Below are positions 32,492 to 44,820 of a stretch of 64,000 nucleotides of DNA, piece after piece; position 1 is the stretch's first letter, and each line of letters starts with the position of its first letter. Position numbers and translations under genes: made by a program. The DNA comes from Macrostomum lignano. Taxonomy: Eukaryota. The stretch spans positions 1-64,000 of the forward strand of contig NIVC01002355.1 of NCBI GenBank assembly GCA_002269645.1, given 5' to 3'. A model generated the notes under the pieces. It saw only the letters and a list, made by a program, of their open reading frames with translations, ran no database searches and was not told the origin of the DNA.

Positions 32492-35182
32492 TCCTATATA
32501 CTAAAAATGAGTTGTCTGTGGGTATGCGATAGATTTTAGAAAAATTGGCTCAACCGATTTTCTTCAAACTTGCACCATTCGATCAGAAATTTTCCTGGGA
32601 CGGTACATGCATCTTGGCTAAGAAATTGCTCAATGTTAAAGGGATTAAATATTCGAAAAACATGCTTTTTTGCAAAAGGTCAAGCAAAATTTTCGACTTG
32701 AAATGCATTGTAAGAATGCTAGAAAAAAACCTGACTGACTGAATTTCAATTCTGATAAAGATTGCATCACAACAAGTAGAAAACAGTGCCGAAGAAATGC
32801 ACACACGACTTGATTTAAATTGCGTAACCAATATTGCTAACTTGAATTGAAACTGATACTGGCTGACTGAGAAATTGATTATGTCATAACTTTTTACTCT
32901 AATTGACTTGCTGTAAGAATTGAATTATAAGGGCCACAATTGATGTACTCCAATTGAAAAGAGATAGCCCAGATGCGAACAGACTGGAATGCTAATGTAG
33001 CGACCTGGGTTCGAATCTTAGTAGTGCAAAATAGTTTTTTTATTAAAACACCTTGAAAACATGAAACTTCTAAACATAAAAGAAGCACAATGTCAAACAT
33101 ATCAGTGGCACTATGTCGAACATTAAAGAGCCACCATGCCAAACATAAACGAGCCACCATGTCAAGCATTAAAAAGCCACCATGTCAAACATATTTGTGA
33201 CTCCATGTAAAACATATATACGTGACTCCATGTCAAACATTAAAGAGCCACCATGTCGAATATAAAAGACCTACCATGTCAAACATAAAAGAGCCACCAT
33301 GTCAAACGTAAAAGAACCGACATGTCGAACATTAAAGAGCCACCATGTCAAACGTAAAAGAACCACCATGTCGAACATTAAAGAGCCACCATGTCAAACG
33401 TAAAAGAACCGACATGTCGAACATTAAAGAGCCACCATGTCAAACATTAAAGAGCCACCATGTCAAAAATTAAAGAGCCACTTTGTCATACTTAAAAGAG
33501 CCACCATGTCGAACATTAAAGAGCTACCATGTCAAACATAAAAAAGCCACCATGTCAAACTTTAAAGAGCCACCACGTCGAACGTGAAAAAGCCACCATG
33601 TCAAACATAAAAGAGCCACTATGTCTAACAATAAAGAACCACTTTTCGAACATTAAAGAGCTACCATGTCAAGCATAAAAGAGCCGACATGTCGAAAATT
33701 AAAGAGCTACCATGTCAAACATAAAAGAGCCAACATGTCGAAAATTAAAGAGCCACCATGTCAAACGTAAAAGAACCACCATGTCGAACATTTAAGAGCT
33801 ACAATGTCAAACATTAAAGAGCCACCATGTCAAACGTAAAAGAACCACCATGTCGAACATTTAAGAGCTACAATGTCAAACATTAAAGAGCCACCATGTC
33901 AAACATTAAAGAGCCACCATGTCAAACATAAAGGAGCCACTTTGTCGAACATTAAAGAGCCACCACGTCGAACATTAAAGAGCCACCATGTCGAACAATA
34001 AAGAACCACCATGTCAAACATTAAAGAGCCACCATGTCAAATAATAAAGAGCCACCATGTCAAACATTTAAGAGCCACCATGAAAAAAATTTAAAGAGCC
34101 ACCATGTCTAACATTAAAGAGCCACCATGTCCAACATTTAAGAGCCACCATGTCCAACATATATGTGACTCCATGTCGAACATTAAAGAGCCACCATGTC
34201 GAACGTTAAAGAGCCACCATGTCGAACATAAAAGAGCCACCATGTAAAACATTAAAGAGCCACCATGTCTAACATTAAAGAGCCACCATGTCGAACGTTA
34301 AAGAGCCACCATGTCAAACATTAGCGAGTCACCATGTCAAGCGTATACGTGACTCCATGTCAAACATTAAAGAGCCATCATTTCAGACATTAAAGTGCCA
34401 CCATGTCGAACATTAAAAAGCAACCATGTCCAACATTAAAGAGCCACCATGTCTAACATATATGTGACTCCATGTCGAACATTAAAGAGCCACCATATCG
34501 AACGTTAAAGAGCCACCATGTCGAACATAAAAGAGCCACCATGTAAAACATTAAAGAGCCACCATGTCAAACATTAACGAGTCACCATGTCAAGCGTATA
34601 CGTGACTCCATGTCAAACATTAAAGAGCCATCATTGCAGACAGTAAAGTGCCACCAGGTCAAACATTAAAGAGCCACCATGTCAAACATTAAAGAGCCAT
34701 CATGTCGAACATTAAAGACCCACCATGTAAAACATAAAAGAGCCACCATTTCAAACATTAAAGAGCCACCATGCCAAACATAAAAGAGCCACCATGTCAA
34801 ACATAAAAGAGACAATTACAAACGTAAAAAGAAGCGTCATGCCAATCATAAAGAAGCCACCATAAAGCTAAGAAAATTGTTGCACTAGATACTTATTGTC
34901 TGGTGGATGCTTGCTATTTAAGGATAGATACTTGCTATCAATTGGATGCTTGCTATGGGGGGTGCTTGCTATCTGGGGGTGCTTGCTATCTGGGGGGGAT
35001 GCTTGCTATCTGGGGGGGGGGATGCTTGCATGCTGTCTTGGGATGTTTTCTTTTCGCATTGCTCTTCATTTGAGCAGTTTGTTTATTGTCTTTGTGAAGG
35101 CTTTATTTGGATGTGTTTTTGATCCGTGTAGAGAACAGAGATTCTATCCAGATGTCCCCCATCGGGGGGCGAAGATTGCTAG
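32492..35182 (+). mobile_element. Helitron array unit 2
   Basis: 5' TCCTATATACTAAAAATG, head, satellite B, short satellite C seed, CCCCC-atc-GGGGG hairpin and CTAG at 35179-35182. Confidence 0.85.
33085..34830. repeat. Satellite B, 23-bp unit CAAACATTAAAGAGCCACCATGT (unit 2)
   Basis: Period 23 checked at 33421/33444. Confidence 0.97.
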
Positions 35183-35769
35183 TCCAATATACTAAAAATG
35201 AAATGTCTGTAACTAGCTATGCGATAGATTTCAGAAAAAACGGCTCAACCGATTTTCTTCAAACTTGCACCATTCGATCAGAAATTTTCCTGGGACGGTA
35301 CATGCATCTTGGCTAAGAAATTGCTCAATGTTAAAGGGATTAAATATTCGAAAAACATGCTTTTTTGCAAAGGTCAAGCCAAATTTTTGACTTAAAATGC
35401 ATTGTAAGAATGCTAGAGAAAAAACTGACTGGCTGAATTCCGATTGTGATAAAGATTGCATCACAAAAAGTTCAAAACAGTGCCGAAAAATGCACACAAG
35501 ACTTGATTGTAATTGCGTAACCATATTGCTAACTTAAATTGAGACTGATACTGGCTGATTAAGAAATTGATTATGTCATAACTTTTTACTCTAACTGACT
35601 TGCTATAAGAATTGAATTATAAGGGCCACAATTCATGTTCTCCAATTGAAAAGAGATAGCCCAGATGCGAACAGACTGGACTGCTAATGTAGCGACCTGG
35701 GTTCGAATCTTAGTAGTGCAAAATAATTTTTTTATAAAAACACTTTAAAACACAAAATGCTAAACATAA

Positions 35770-36760
35770 AAGAAGCAAGCGCAATGTCAAATATAAAAGA
35801 GCCACCATGCCAAACATAAAAGTACCACCATGTCGAACACAGAAGAGACACCATGTAAATCATAAAAGAGCCACCATTTCAAACATAAAAGAGCCACCAT
35901 TTCAAACATAAAGGAGCCACCATGTCAATCATAAAAGAGCCACCATGTCAAACATTAAAGAGCCACCATGTAAAACATTAAAGAGCCACCATGTAAAACA
36001 TAAACATGCTATCAAACATTAAAGAGCCACCATGTAAAACATAAACATGCTATCAAACATTAAAGAGCCACCATGTCAAACACATATATGACTCCATGTC
36101 GAACATTAAAGAGCCACCATGTCACACATTAAAGAGCCACCATGTCAAACATTCAAGAGCCACCATGTCGAACATAACAGAGACAACATTTCAAACATAA
36201 AAGTGCTATCATGTCAAACATAAAAGAGCCACCATATCAGACATAAAAGAGCCATCATGTCAAAAATATACGTGACTCCATGTCAAACATTAAAGAGCCA
36301 CCATGTCAAACATAACAGAGACAACATTTCAAACGTAAAAGGGCCGCCATGGCAAACATTAAAGAGCCACCATGTCAAACATAAAAGAGACACCATATGT
36401 CGAACAATAAAGAGCCACCATGTCAAACATTAAAGAGCCACCATGTCAAACATAAAAGAGACACCATGTCAAACATAACAGAGACACCATATGTCGAACA
36501 ATAAAGAGCCACCATGTCAAACATAAAAGAGACACCATATGTCGAACAATAAAGAGCCACCATGTCAAACATAAAAGAGCCACCATGTCGAACATAAAAG
36601 AGCCACCATGTCGAACACAAAAGAGCCACCATGTCAAACATTAAAGAGCTATCATGTCAAACACAAAAGAGCTACCATGTCAAACATAGAAGAGCTACCA
36701 TGTCAAACATTAAAGAGCCACTTTTTTAAACAAAAAAGAGACACCATTTCAAACATAAAA
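35770..36760. repeat. Satellite B (unit 3)
   Basis: Same 23-bp consensus as 33085-34830. Confidence 0.95.
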
Positions 36761-36939
36761 GAAGTGTCATGCCAAACAAAATGGAACCATTATAAAGCTA
36801 AGGAAATTGTTGCACTAGCTACTTGTTTTCTGGTGGATGCTTGTTATTTAAGGATGGATACTTGCTATCAGGGGGGTGCTTGCTCTTGGGGGTGGAGAGT
36901 ACTTGCTATCTGAGAGGGGGTTGCTAGATATCTATAAGG

Positions 36940-37915
36940 TCTCTTTGTATCCAGGTTATGCTTGCTATCAGGGGTTGCTTGCTGTCTGGGGGATGCTTGC
37001 TATCTGGGGGGATGCTTGCTATCTGGGGGATGCTTGCTATCTGCGGGATGCTTGCTATCTGGGGGATGCTTGCTATCTGGGGTCTGGGGGAATGCTTGCT
37101 ATCTGGGGATGCTTGCGATCTGGGGGATGCTTGCTATCTGGGGGATGCTTGCTATCTGGGGGATGCTTGCTATCTGCGGGATGCTTGCTTTCTGCGGGAT
37201 GCTTGCTATCTGGGGATGCTTGCTATCTGGGATCTGGGGGAATGCTTGCTATCTGGGGATGCTTGCGATCTGGGGGATGCTTGCTATCTGGGGGATGCTT
37301 GCTATCTGCGGGATGCTTGCTATCTGGGGGATGCTTGCTATCTGCGGGATGCTTGCTATCTGGGGGATGCTTGCTATCTGGGGTCTGGGGGAATGCTTGC
37401 TATCTGGGGATGCTTGCGATCTGGGGGATGCTTGCTATCTGGGGTCTGGGGGAATGCTTGCTATCTGGGGATGCTTGCGATCTGGGGGATGCTTGCTATC
37501 TGGGGGATGCTTGCTATCTGCGGGATGCTTGCTATCTGGGGATGCTTGCTATCTGGGGTCTGGGGGGGATGCTTGCTATCTGGGGGATGCTTGCTATCTG
37601 GGGGATGCTTGCTATCTGCGGGATGCTTGCTATCTGCGGGATGCTTGCTATCTGCGGGATGCTTGCTATCTGGGGGATGCTTGCTATCTGGGGGAATGCT
37701 TGCTATCTGGGGATGCTTGCGATCTGGGGGATGCTTGCTATCTGGGGGATGCTTGCTATCTGCGGGATGCTTGCTTTCTGCGGGATGCTTGCTATCTGGG
37801 GATGCTTGCTATCTGGGATCTGGGGGAATGCTTGCTATCTGGGGATGCATGCTATCTGGGATTGCTTGCTATCGGGGGATGCTTGCTATCTGGGGGATGC
37901 TTGCTATTTGGGGAT
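36940..37915. repeat. Satellite C, about 18-bp unit TGCTTGCTATCTGGGGGA
   Basis: Direct reading. Explains the GGCLLS, GDACYL and MLAIWG ORFs. Only a few copies exist in unit 2 (34905-35045). Confidence 0.96.
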
Positions 37916-38369
37916 CGATGCTTGAATGCCGTCTGAGGATGCTTGCTGTCTTGGGATGTTTTGTTTTTAAGAGGGAATGTCTGTTGTTTTTTCTGAAGGC
38001 TTTATTTCGCTGTCTATTTGTTATTTGTAAAGAACAAGGATTCTATCCAGATGTCCCCCATCGGGGGGCAAAGATTGCTAGTAGCATCTAAAATTTGAAT
38101 GGGCGAAGGAACGCAGAGAGAATTCTAGACAAAACACGACTTCGTTATGGCTTTCGTCATGAATATAAAATTATTTGTTTTCAGTTGCTATATATATAAT
38201 TATTGTAAAATTGTCAATAAATAACAGCCAACTATAAGTAAAAATGAAGTTCACCCCATAAACTAAGATGCAGCTAAAAGTTAGGTAGTTAGTTCTTGAA
38301 TCAGTTCAAACCCTTGGTTAGTAGAATAGCTTCCTCGGCGTACCCTCTGCATGCTGATCTACAATAAAA

Positions 38370-40881
38370 ATGTTGCTATTAAAATTGGTCCGCGTAGACA
38401 TTCGAGAAGTCTTTGATCAGGGATTTCGTTTGGTCATAATTTTAACATTGTTTGTGAATTTCGTCTTGTTGCTGGCAATGCACATCTTCATGGTTCGGCC
38501 GCTGTACATGCTGTGCGGCCACGAGAACTTCAGTATTATCTCCAGATGGATGTTCATCAAGAACAGACCGAGCAACGTGTCCAACGCTTACTGGGAAATC
38601 AAGGCGTCCTGCTACATTTCTAATGTAAGTGCATGATTTCACTGAGTTTGCGGCAGTATATTAAGTTTGAAATTTAGTTTAACCTCAACCAGAAAAACAC
38701 CTTAGCTTCCTTTATTTCTTAACTAACCGATATGCCATGAATAAGAGTCGTAACTATTGGGTACGAGAGTATATGCTTTGAAGTTTCTTAGATTGTTTGA
38801 TAAGCGTATTTTACTAATAATCCTACTTTTAGTAGAGCATCGAATAAAAGTTTAGCATACTTGTACTAGGTATTCTATACTGTCCGTCAAAAGTTCCGGA
38901 ACCCTTGCTACGATGTCTTCTAGCGGACATAATTTCAGTCCGTTTCAATTGTAACTTGATTCAAATGAAAGCTGCGGATCTCAGCTCCATGATGTGGTCA
39001 AGAAAAAGTTTATTCGAAAGAGTGCGTGTGAACAGGCCAGTGTTATGTACATAAAGGTTAGAGAAAAAAGGTGAGGAAAAGACAAACAAGCAATTGACTC
39101 TCCCATGAAAGCTGACTGCACAAGAATCCATAAGAGCCTGTTGATTTCAACACAAGTTTTGGCCATAGACTAATGTTAGCCAGGCTGAACACTGCGCGCA
39201 AACCGATTCCTTCCCATGTGTGTTTGCTCCATAGACTCAGCAACCATAGACAATTGCTTGTTTGTCTTTTTCTCACTTTTTTTCTCTAACCTTAAAGTAC
39301 ATAACACTGGCCTGTTCACACGCGCTCCTTCGAATAAACTTTTTCTTGACCACATCATGGAGCTGAGATCCGCAGCTTTCATTTGAATCAAGTTACAATT
39401 GAAATGGACTGAAATTATGTCCGCTAGAAGACATCGTAGCAAGGGTTCCGGAACTTTTGACAGACAGTATAGTTGTATTCGTATATTTGAATTTATAATT
39501 TTTTCAGCTTTTATAAATGGTATTTTGTGGCGGTCCAGCCTGTATACCAGGTATAGGTCTTTAACATATCTACTGCAACTCCCCTGCAATACTAAACAGT
39601 AGCTCAGACTGAAGGATGACGTACTCGATTTTCTTAGAAATGAGCTGGAGACCGATTCGGAAAGCGCATCTTTCGTATCGCTGAGTATTTTTACGACCGA
39701 CTTTGTCCATTGCGTAACTCGATTTGGTGTTCTCTAGAGAGCATATTAAACTCACTAGTGATACGACAAATATACTGTATACGTTTTTGCAAAGGTCGCC
39801 AGCTCATTTCATCGGTAAATTGATACCGAATTCGAAATTTGAGCCGCTAAAAAACCGTAGAAGGGGCCAAAGTAGTTTGGTGGTAGCTCGTGACTCTTGT
39901 GCCACGACCAGTCGTTCAGTTCCGTTATTTATGTGGTTCTTTTCACGAAAATTGTCCTGAGGCCGAAGGCTGTCGAATCAGCGGAATGGACAAAATTTCC
40001 TGAACGCTAGTTTCGGTGCCGCCGGAAGCGTTTCGCTGGGTTGCCAGCAGCTCTAGTGGTAATTAATCTACTATTAAACCCCGCAGCAATAGATTTGGAC
40101 TATTTAAATTTTGGATTTTTAATAAATAAACTCACCAAGAAGTTTAATTTCGCTGTAAGATTCTATTTCTTATTAAAATAAGAAAGCTTGAAGCGCAAGC
40201 ATCGAGTGTCAAAGGTTATTGAACTACGGATAGTCACGCCCAACCAACTTGCAGGTCATGGACATCACTATCAGTGTATTTGTCCTGATGTTCACAATCT
40301 GTGCGGTAGTTGAAGCTTTCCTAACAATCGGCACGCAGCGTCAGTTGCGTCGTCTGGATCAAAACGCCGCCGATGTCGCCGCTCTGCTAGACGATGGTGG
40401 AGATCGTCGGAGAGCCGACGCCGATGAGGAGGAGAACGGCCGGGAGGTCAGGAAGACCAGCACCCCTGATCCCGGCGCCATCGTCACCAGCTCTGGCGGG
40501 GCGCCAACCGGACACGCCATTGTGCGGCAGCGGATTCTCCGAAAGTATTCCTTCCGTAGACTCTTCTTCCGAATGTCGATCTCTGTTGTGACAGCTTTCT
40601 TTGCATCCGCCAACTTCCTCAGCATTCTGGTGGTTGCTTTGATGTTTAGCATCGTAGAGTCCACGCTAAATCAGCCGCTTCGTCAAGCCTACAAGCCGAC
40701 TTTATTCACTCTGAAGTGGCAGATCATTATGTACTTTTTCCTCTCATTCTTTTTCTGTGGATTTCTCTGGTCAATGCAGGGCATCTACAGAGGTCAGGTG
40801 GATGGCATCTTGGAGCGTGCTCAGCGGATGGAGCAATTCCGGAAGATGAACCCCGACGAAGCAAAATATCTAATCTCTTAG
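38370..40881 (+). CDS. Uncharacterised four-TM membrane protein, about 330 aa, 3 exons
   Basis: Exons 38370-38624 (donor gtaagt), 39603-39713 (tag / gtaact), 40255-40881 (acceptor ttgcag). All phase 0 and stop-free. Four hydrophobic segments, Cys-containing first loop, charged TM2-TM3 loop. Confidence 0.7.
38875..39472. mobile_element. MITE with 222-bp TIRs (mariner-like ends, TA-flanked) in intron 1 of the four-TM gene
   Basis: 38875-39096 is a near-exact reverse complement of 39251-39472. Confidence 0.88.
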
Positions 40882-41407
40882 CTGCATGCGAGATATGTAA
40901 AAGCCTTCGCAAACCATATAATATTATTAGTTACAAGTTCTTTTTACAGCACTTTATGTTGAAATTACTTATAGTCATTATTTATCCACTACTTCGAATA
41001 AGAATAAAATAAAAGAGTGAATTTTAAAATGCCTACGGAGTACTTTTTTACCCTCAATCACTTCTGGTTGTCAACTTTTTTAAATTGCCTACTGATATGC
41101 TTTTAAATTGTTCAGAATAAAATGTCAATGATTATTTTTAATGACAGTAACAAAGGTCGTTCAGGATCAAAAACATGACAGCAAAAGGATTTTCTGAGAA
41201 AAGTTCCCATGCGAACCTACTAGTAAAACTCCATTTAAAAAACTGACAAAACAGCTAAATCTGATTGGGGCGGCAATATTCCTCATTGGGATGTTTGCTG
41301 CAACCAATAAAATATCAGGCATTGCAATTCTTAAACCCTTAACAGTTTTGCGACAATAGATGAGCTCTGCTTTCCAGTCCTTTCAGAACAGTTCGGAGCG
41401 CACAAAA

Positions 41408-43343
41408 ATGCTCGTACCATTGGTCATAGTTCTTGTTTTTCTGAAGCTACCCGTTTCTCTGACAGCCAGCAGTTCCGCTTTTTATCAACTACTGGAGCAG
41501 TCACCGCGTCCTGCCTGTCAAGGCCGCACCGCACCAATCGAAGAGGTGGCTTCGGTAGAAATAGCCGAACTGAATAACTCTCGAGCCTGTGCTTTGGCTT
41601 GCACCCTGGCTTTTGAAAACAATGGCTCATGCTTTGCTTTCTACTTGTCCCAGTTCAATTCCTGCCGTATTGTTGAATTTAACGTCCTAGTCAAGACGTG
41701 GCTTAACGCATCTCTCTGTCCTGAGTCAGTCTACACTATGCCTATGCCTGGTGAGTGCATGTACGAAATACCTATCGCATACTTAATGGCACAGAGTTGA
41801 GCACGTTTCTCATAGTTCAAACGTGGCATATACTAAGGCTGCATGCGCAACCGCTGGCGGCTCAGCTGATCAAATTTGTTTAAATTCGAGCTGAACCAAC
41901 CCAGAGCAGACTTGAGCTACTAGCGGTAATATAAACCGGCCTCAGTTGTCACAATCAAGAACTTGTTGGCACATTCGGCACGAACTCAAAACGACGACAT
42001 AAAAATTGTGTGTACCGAGCATGTGACAGCATATAGACCTAGTAACACTTCAAAACTATTGACAGTTTAGTAGGCATGACGATTGAGGGCCTAATTTCCC
42101 TCCAGCAATTACTACGTATATTGAGATTTTAGCAGATTTTCCTGATAAAATCTACAATTTTTAATCTTCTATACTTCCAAACATACTTTTACGTTTGATA
42201 CCTTTAAGATTATTATTTACCTTTAAACATTACCCTTAGATCGTGCATCCTGCCTACTGTATCTGTTTGCTCTCGTTCTACGAGCCATAACGATTTTGTG
42301 GGTAAACAATCTACTACGGCTGAAAAACTGCATTATTTACAGTCGAAAAATACAATATTTGCTGAAGAAACTTGAACTACCAGTTTGAAGAAAAACCGAA
42401 AAATTCTTTAGGAAATTCAATTTCAGCATTGTCGTCAACAGTCTTCTCCTATTTTTTCATCTTTTAAATTTATCGCTCAAATATTGACAAATTGATATCG
42501 AATATATAAGGAACAAATACAGTAAGATATTCAAGGGCTCTTACTCACTTATGAGTATGTTTGGCGGCAACCATCATACACGCCAGATGGAGGCACGGAG
42601 GTATTTGCTAGTGTGTACTCGTACTTTAGCTTGTCCAATTCTCGTGTTCCTTTTGTCGGTAGCAGGGACGCCCCCTTGTGCGTCTGCATGGTTGTAGAAA
42701 CTAAGGCGATAACGTACAGTGTGGCTTTTCAGCTCTCTTTTGTCGCAATAGAGGACAGATCCGACAACAAGCTTTTAAACTTTTGGCTAATGACCCAAAA
42801 ACGTGGCTCTGGTGATGATCAAGTACTCGTAATCATTAACCCACGGAGCTACTAGTAATAATGCGAACCGGCCTTAAGGTTTGACACAATCGAAAGCGTT
42901 ACGCGCGCAATTCCAACGCTTATTCTAACCCATCAATTTCAGTTGAGACACGCATCAACCTGACCAACTGCCGGCAAAGCTCAGATCTCTGGGGCGGCGT
43001 CTGCTCCCGCCTCTTCGACGGCAATACTGATCAGAACTTTCTAAACGGTTACTGCAGCCACACGAGCGAGTCATCCAACCAGTGGTGGCAGACGGACATT
43101 GGTCCGGGCTATTACATCACCAAGGTTCAGATTTTCAATCGCCAGGACTGTTGCTCAGAACGACTCAATCAGCTTACGATCAGCGTGGATGGCCTCCAGT
43201 GCGTCGACTTTATCACCTCCGTTCCATTCTTTATTCGCAACTTCACCTGCGGTCGCTATGGCAACGTGGTGAAAATTCAAACTCCACTAAGCAAAGGTCT
43301 GGTAATGTGCGAGCTGTATATCTTTGGGATTAGGGTTGCGTGA
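41408..43343 (+). CDS. Secreted PAN/apple + F-type lectin protein A (247 aa)
   Basis: Exon 1 41408-41750 (signal peptide, CALAC...CFAF...C apple module, donor gtgagt, phase 1). Exon 2 42943-43343 (missed by the ORF track): FDGN...CSHT...WWQTD...NRQDCCSER...MCEL with the H-x26-R-x-D-x4-R motif. Confidence 0.9.
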
Positions 43344-44524
43344 ACTAGCATTGAACGGATGGATGATAAATGGTACAAAAATATGAGAGTAACAGATGGA
43401 ATTTTGGGCTCTTTGAGTCTACGTAATCTGCACAGCCGTGATTGTCGATTTAAAAACAGATCAACGTTGATGAAACGTCGTCAAATATTTCTGCACCATA
43501 TCCTACAAATTTTATATTACCTTCTAAAAAAGCTTTATATGAGTAGCAGTCTTTAGTATGCATATACTTTTAGGCATCAGTTTAAAATGCTTTCATTTTT
43601 TTAGATTTCTGCCGCGCGTGTTGTCACATTGCGATCCACAGACAGAGATAGCAGTCTTTTTTAAGCAGGCCATTAGCCTACTTTTTTAGCTAAAATTATC
43701 CGATCAGATAAAAAGAGTAACTTTTAACATTTCCTTACCTGTTATATCACTGAAATTATCTATAACTTTGACATATTTTTTTTAATCTACCTTTTATCTG
43801 ACACACTGAATGCTGCATAAAATTTGTTTTGTCTCTACGCTCGTAGTTTAGTCAACTACTTACCATTAACTTTTATTTCCCGGTAAAACTGTTGTAGTAA
43901 GCAGTGTAACCCAGAGATTTCCAAGATAAATACTCGTATATTCAAAAATACAAGGTTGAATCAAATTCTATTTAGAACATTCTGGCTGTTCCAAGGAAAA
44001 ATATAGTTTTTAATAGTTTGTAAGCTTGGACTCAATATTTTATGAGTCAATATCAGTTCCATAGCAATCTCGAGAACTACCGCTTTTACGTCTTATTAAT
44101 TTAGCACCGTTATAATGCTTCAATTGGATTGTAGAATGACAATAATAACAAACTGCTTTGCCCATTAACGCAAGAGATAATATTCATCTATCAATACTAT
44201 GAATAATTGAAGCAGATAGCTTAGATAAATATAGATATACTCAGCATTGCTGGGGGAGTTTTAAAATAAACTGAGATTACCTGTTGCAGAAAGCGCGACC
44301 AACCGAACCAAACCGAATCTACAAGGATATTAGCACGGAAAAGTTTTTCTCGTCAAATCAGATTTCGTTTACTTTTAAGAAAAGTATGAATACATTTACT
44401 GACAAAAAATATTTTATTAAAATTCTAAGACAAAGAAAAGTTTGTTTCATTTAAAACTTTGATTTCAATACAATTAATAGCTTCCATGGATTTGGATAAA
44501 AATGGCTACAAATTCTATTTTAGC

Positions 44525-44725
44525 CAGGGACTACTCAAACACCGGGACGGGAAACTAGGAATTTTTTACGAGGCTGGTCTTTAGCAGCTGACGAGGCTGG
44601 CTGGCTTATTTTCATTAGAGCGATGCTGCGTTACTTTGTTGTCGATGGTTATTTTCTACTGCTGCTAAAAAGACCAGCCTCGTAAAAATTTCTAGTTTCC
44701 CGTCCCGGTGTTTGAGTAGTCCCTG
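44525..44725. mobile_element. hAT-type MITE, 201 bp, perfect 8-bp TSD
   Basis: TIR CAGGGACTACTCAAACACCGGGACGGGAAACTAG... of about 60 bp. TSD ATTTTAGC at 44517-44524 and 44726-44733. Confidence 0.92.
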
Positions 44726-44820
44726 ATTTTAGCTACAGCTTTTTCTCCTAATGTATACTCAGCAACATACAAAAGTTGCCACTCTATACGACAGGACAGC
44801 CAAAGAGCTGAGGGGTAGCT

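Larger units (their letters stand above)
35183..38081 (+). mobile_element. Helitron array unit 3
   Basis: 5' TCCAATATACTAAAAATG directly after the unit 2 CTAG. Head nearly identical to unit 2; satellites B and C; hairpin and CTAG|T at 38078-38082. Confidence 0.85.

Noticed and set aside
29715-36760. CRISPR-like appearance of the 23-bp repeats
   Set aside because: Repeats are contiguous with no unique spacers, there are no cas genes, and the context is eukaryotic.
36876-38091. Cys/Gly-rich ORFs of 324-377 aa
   Set aside because: Translations of 18-bp satellite C in three frames, inside a Helitron unit.
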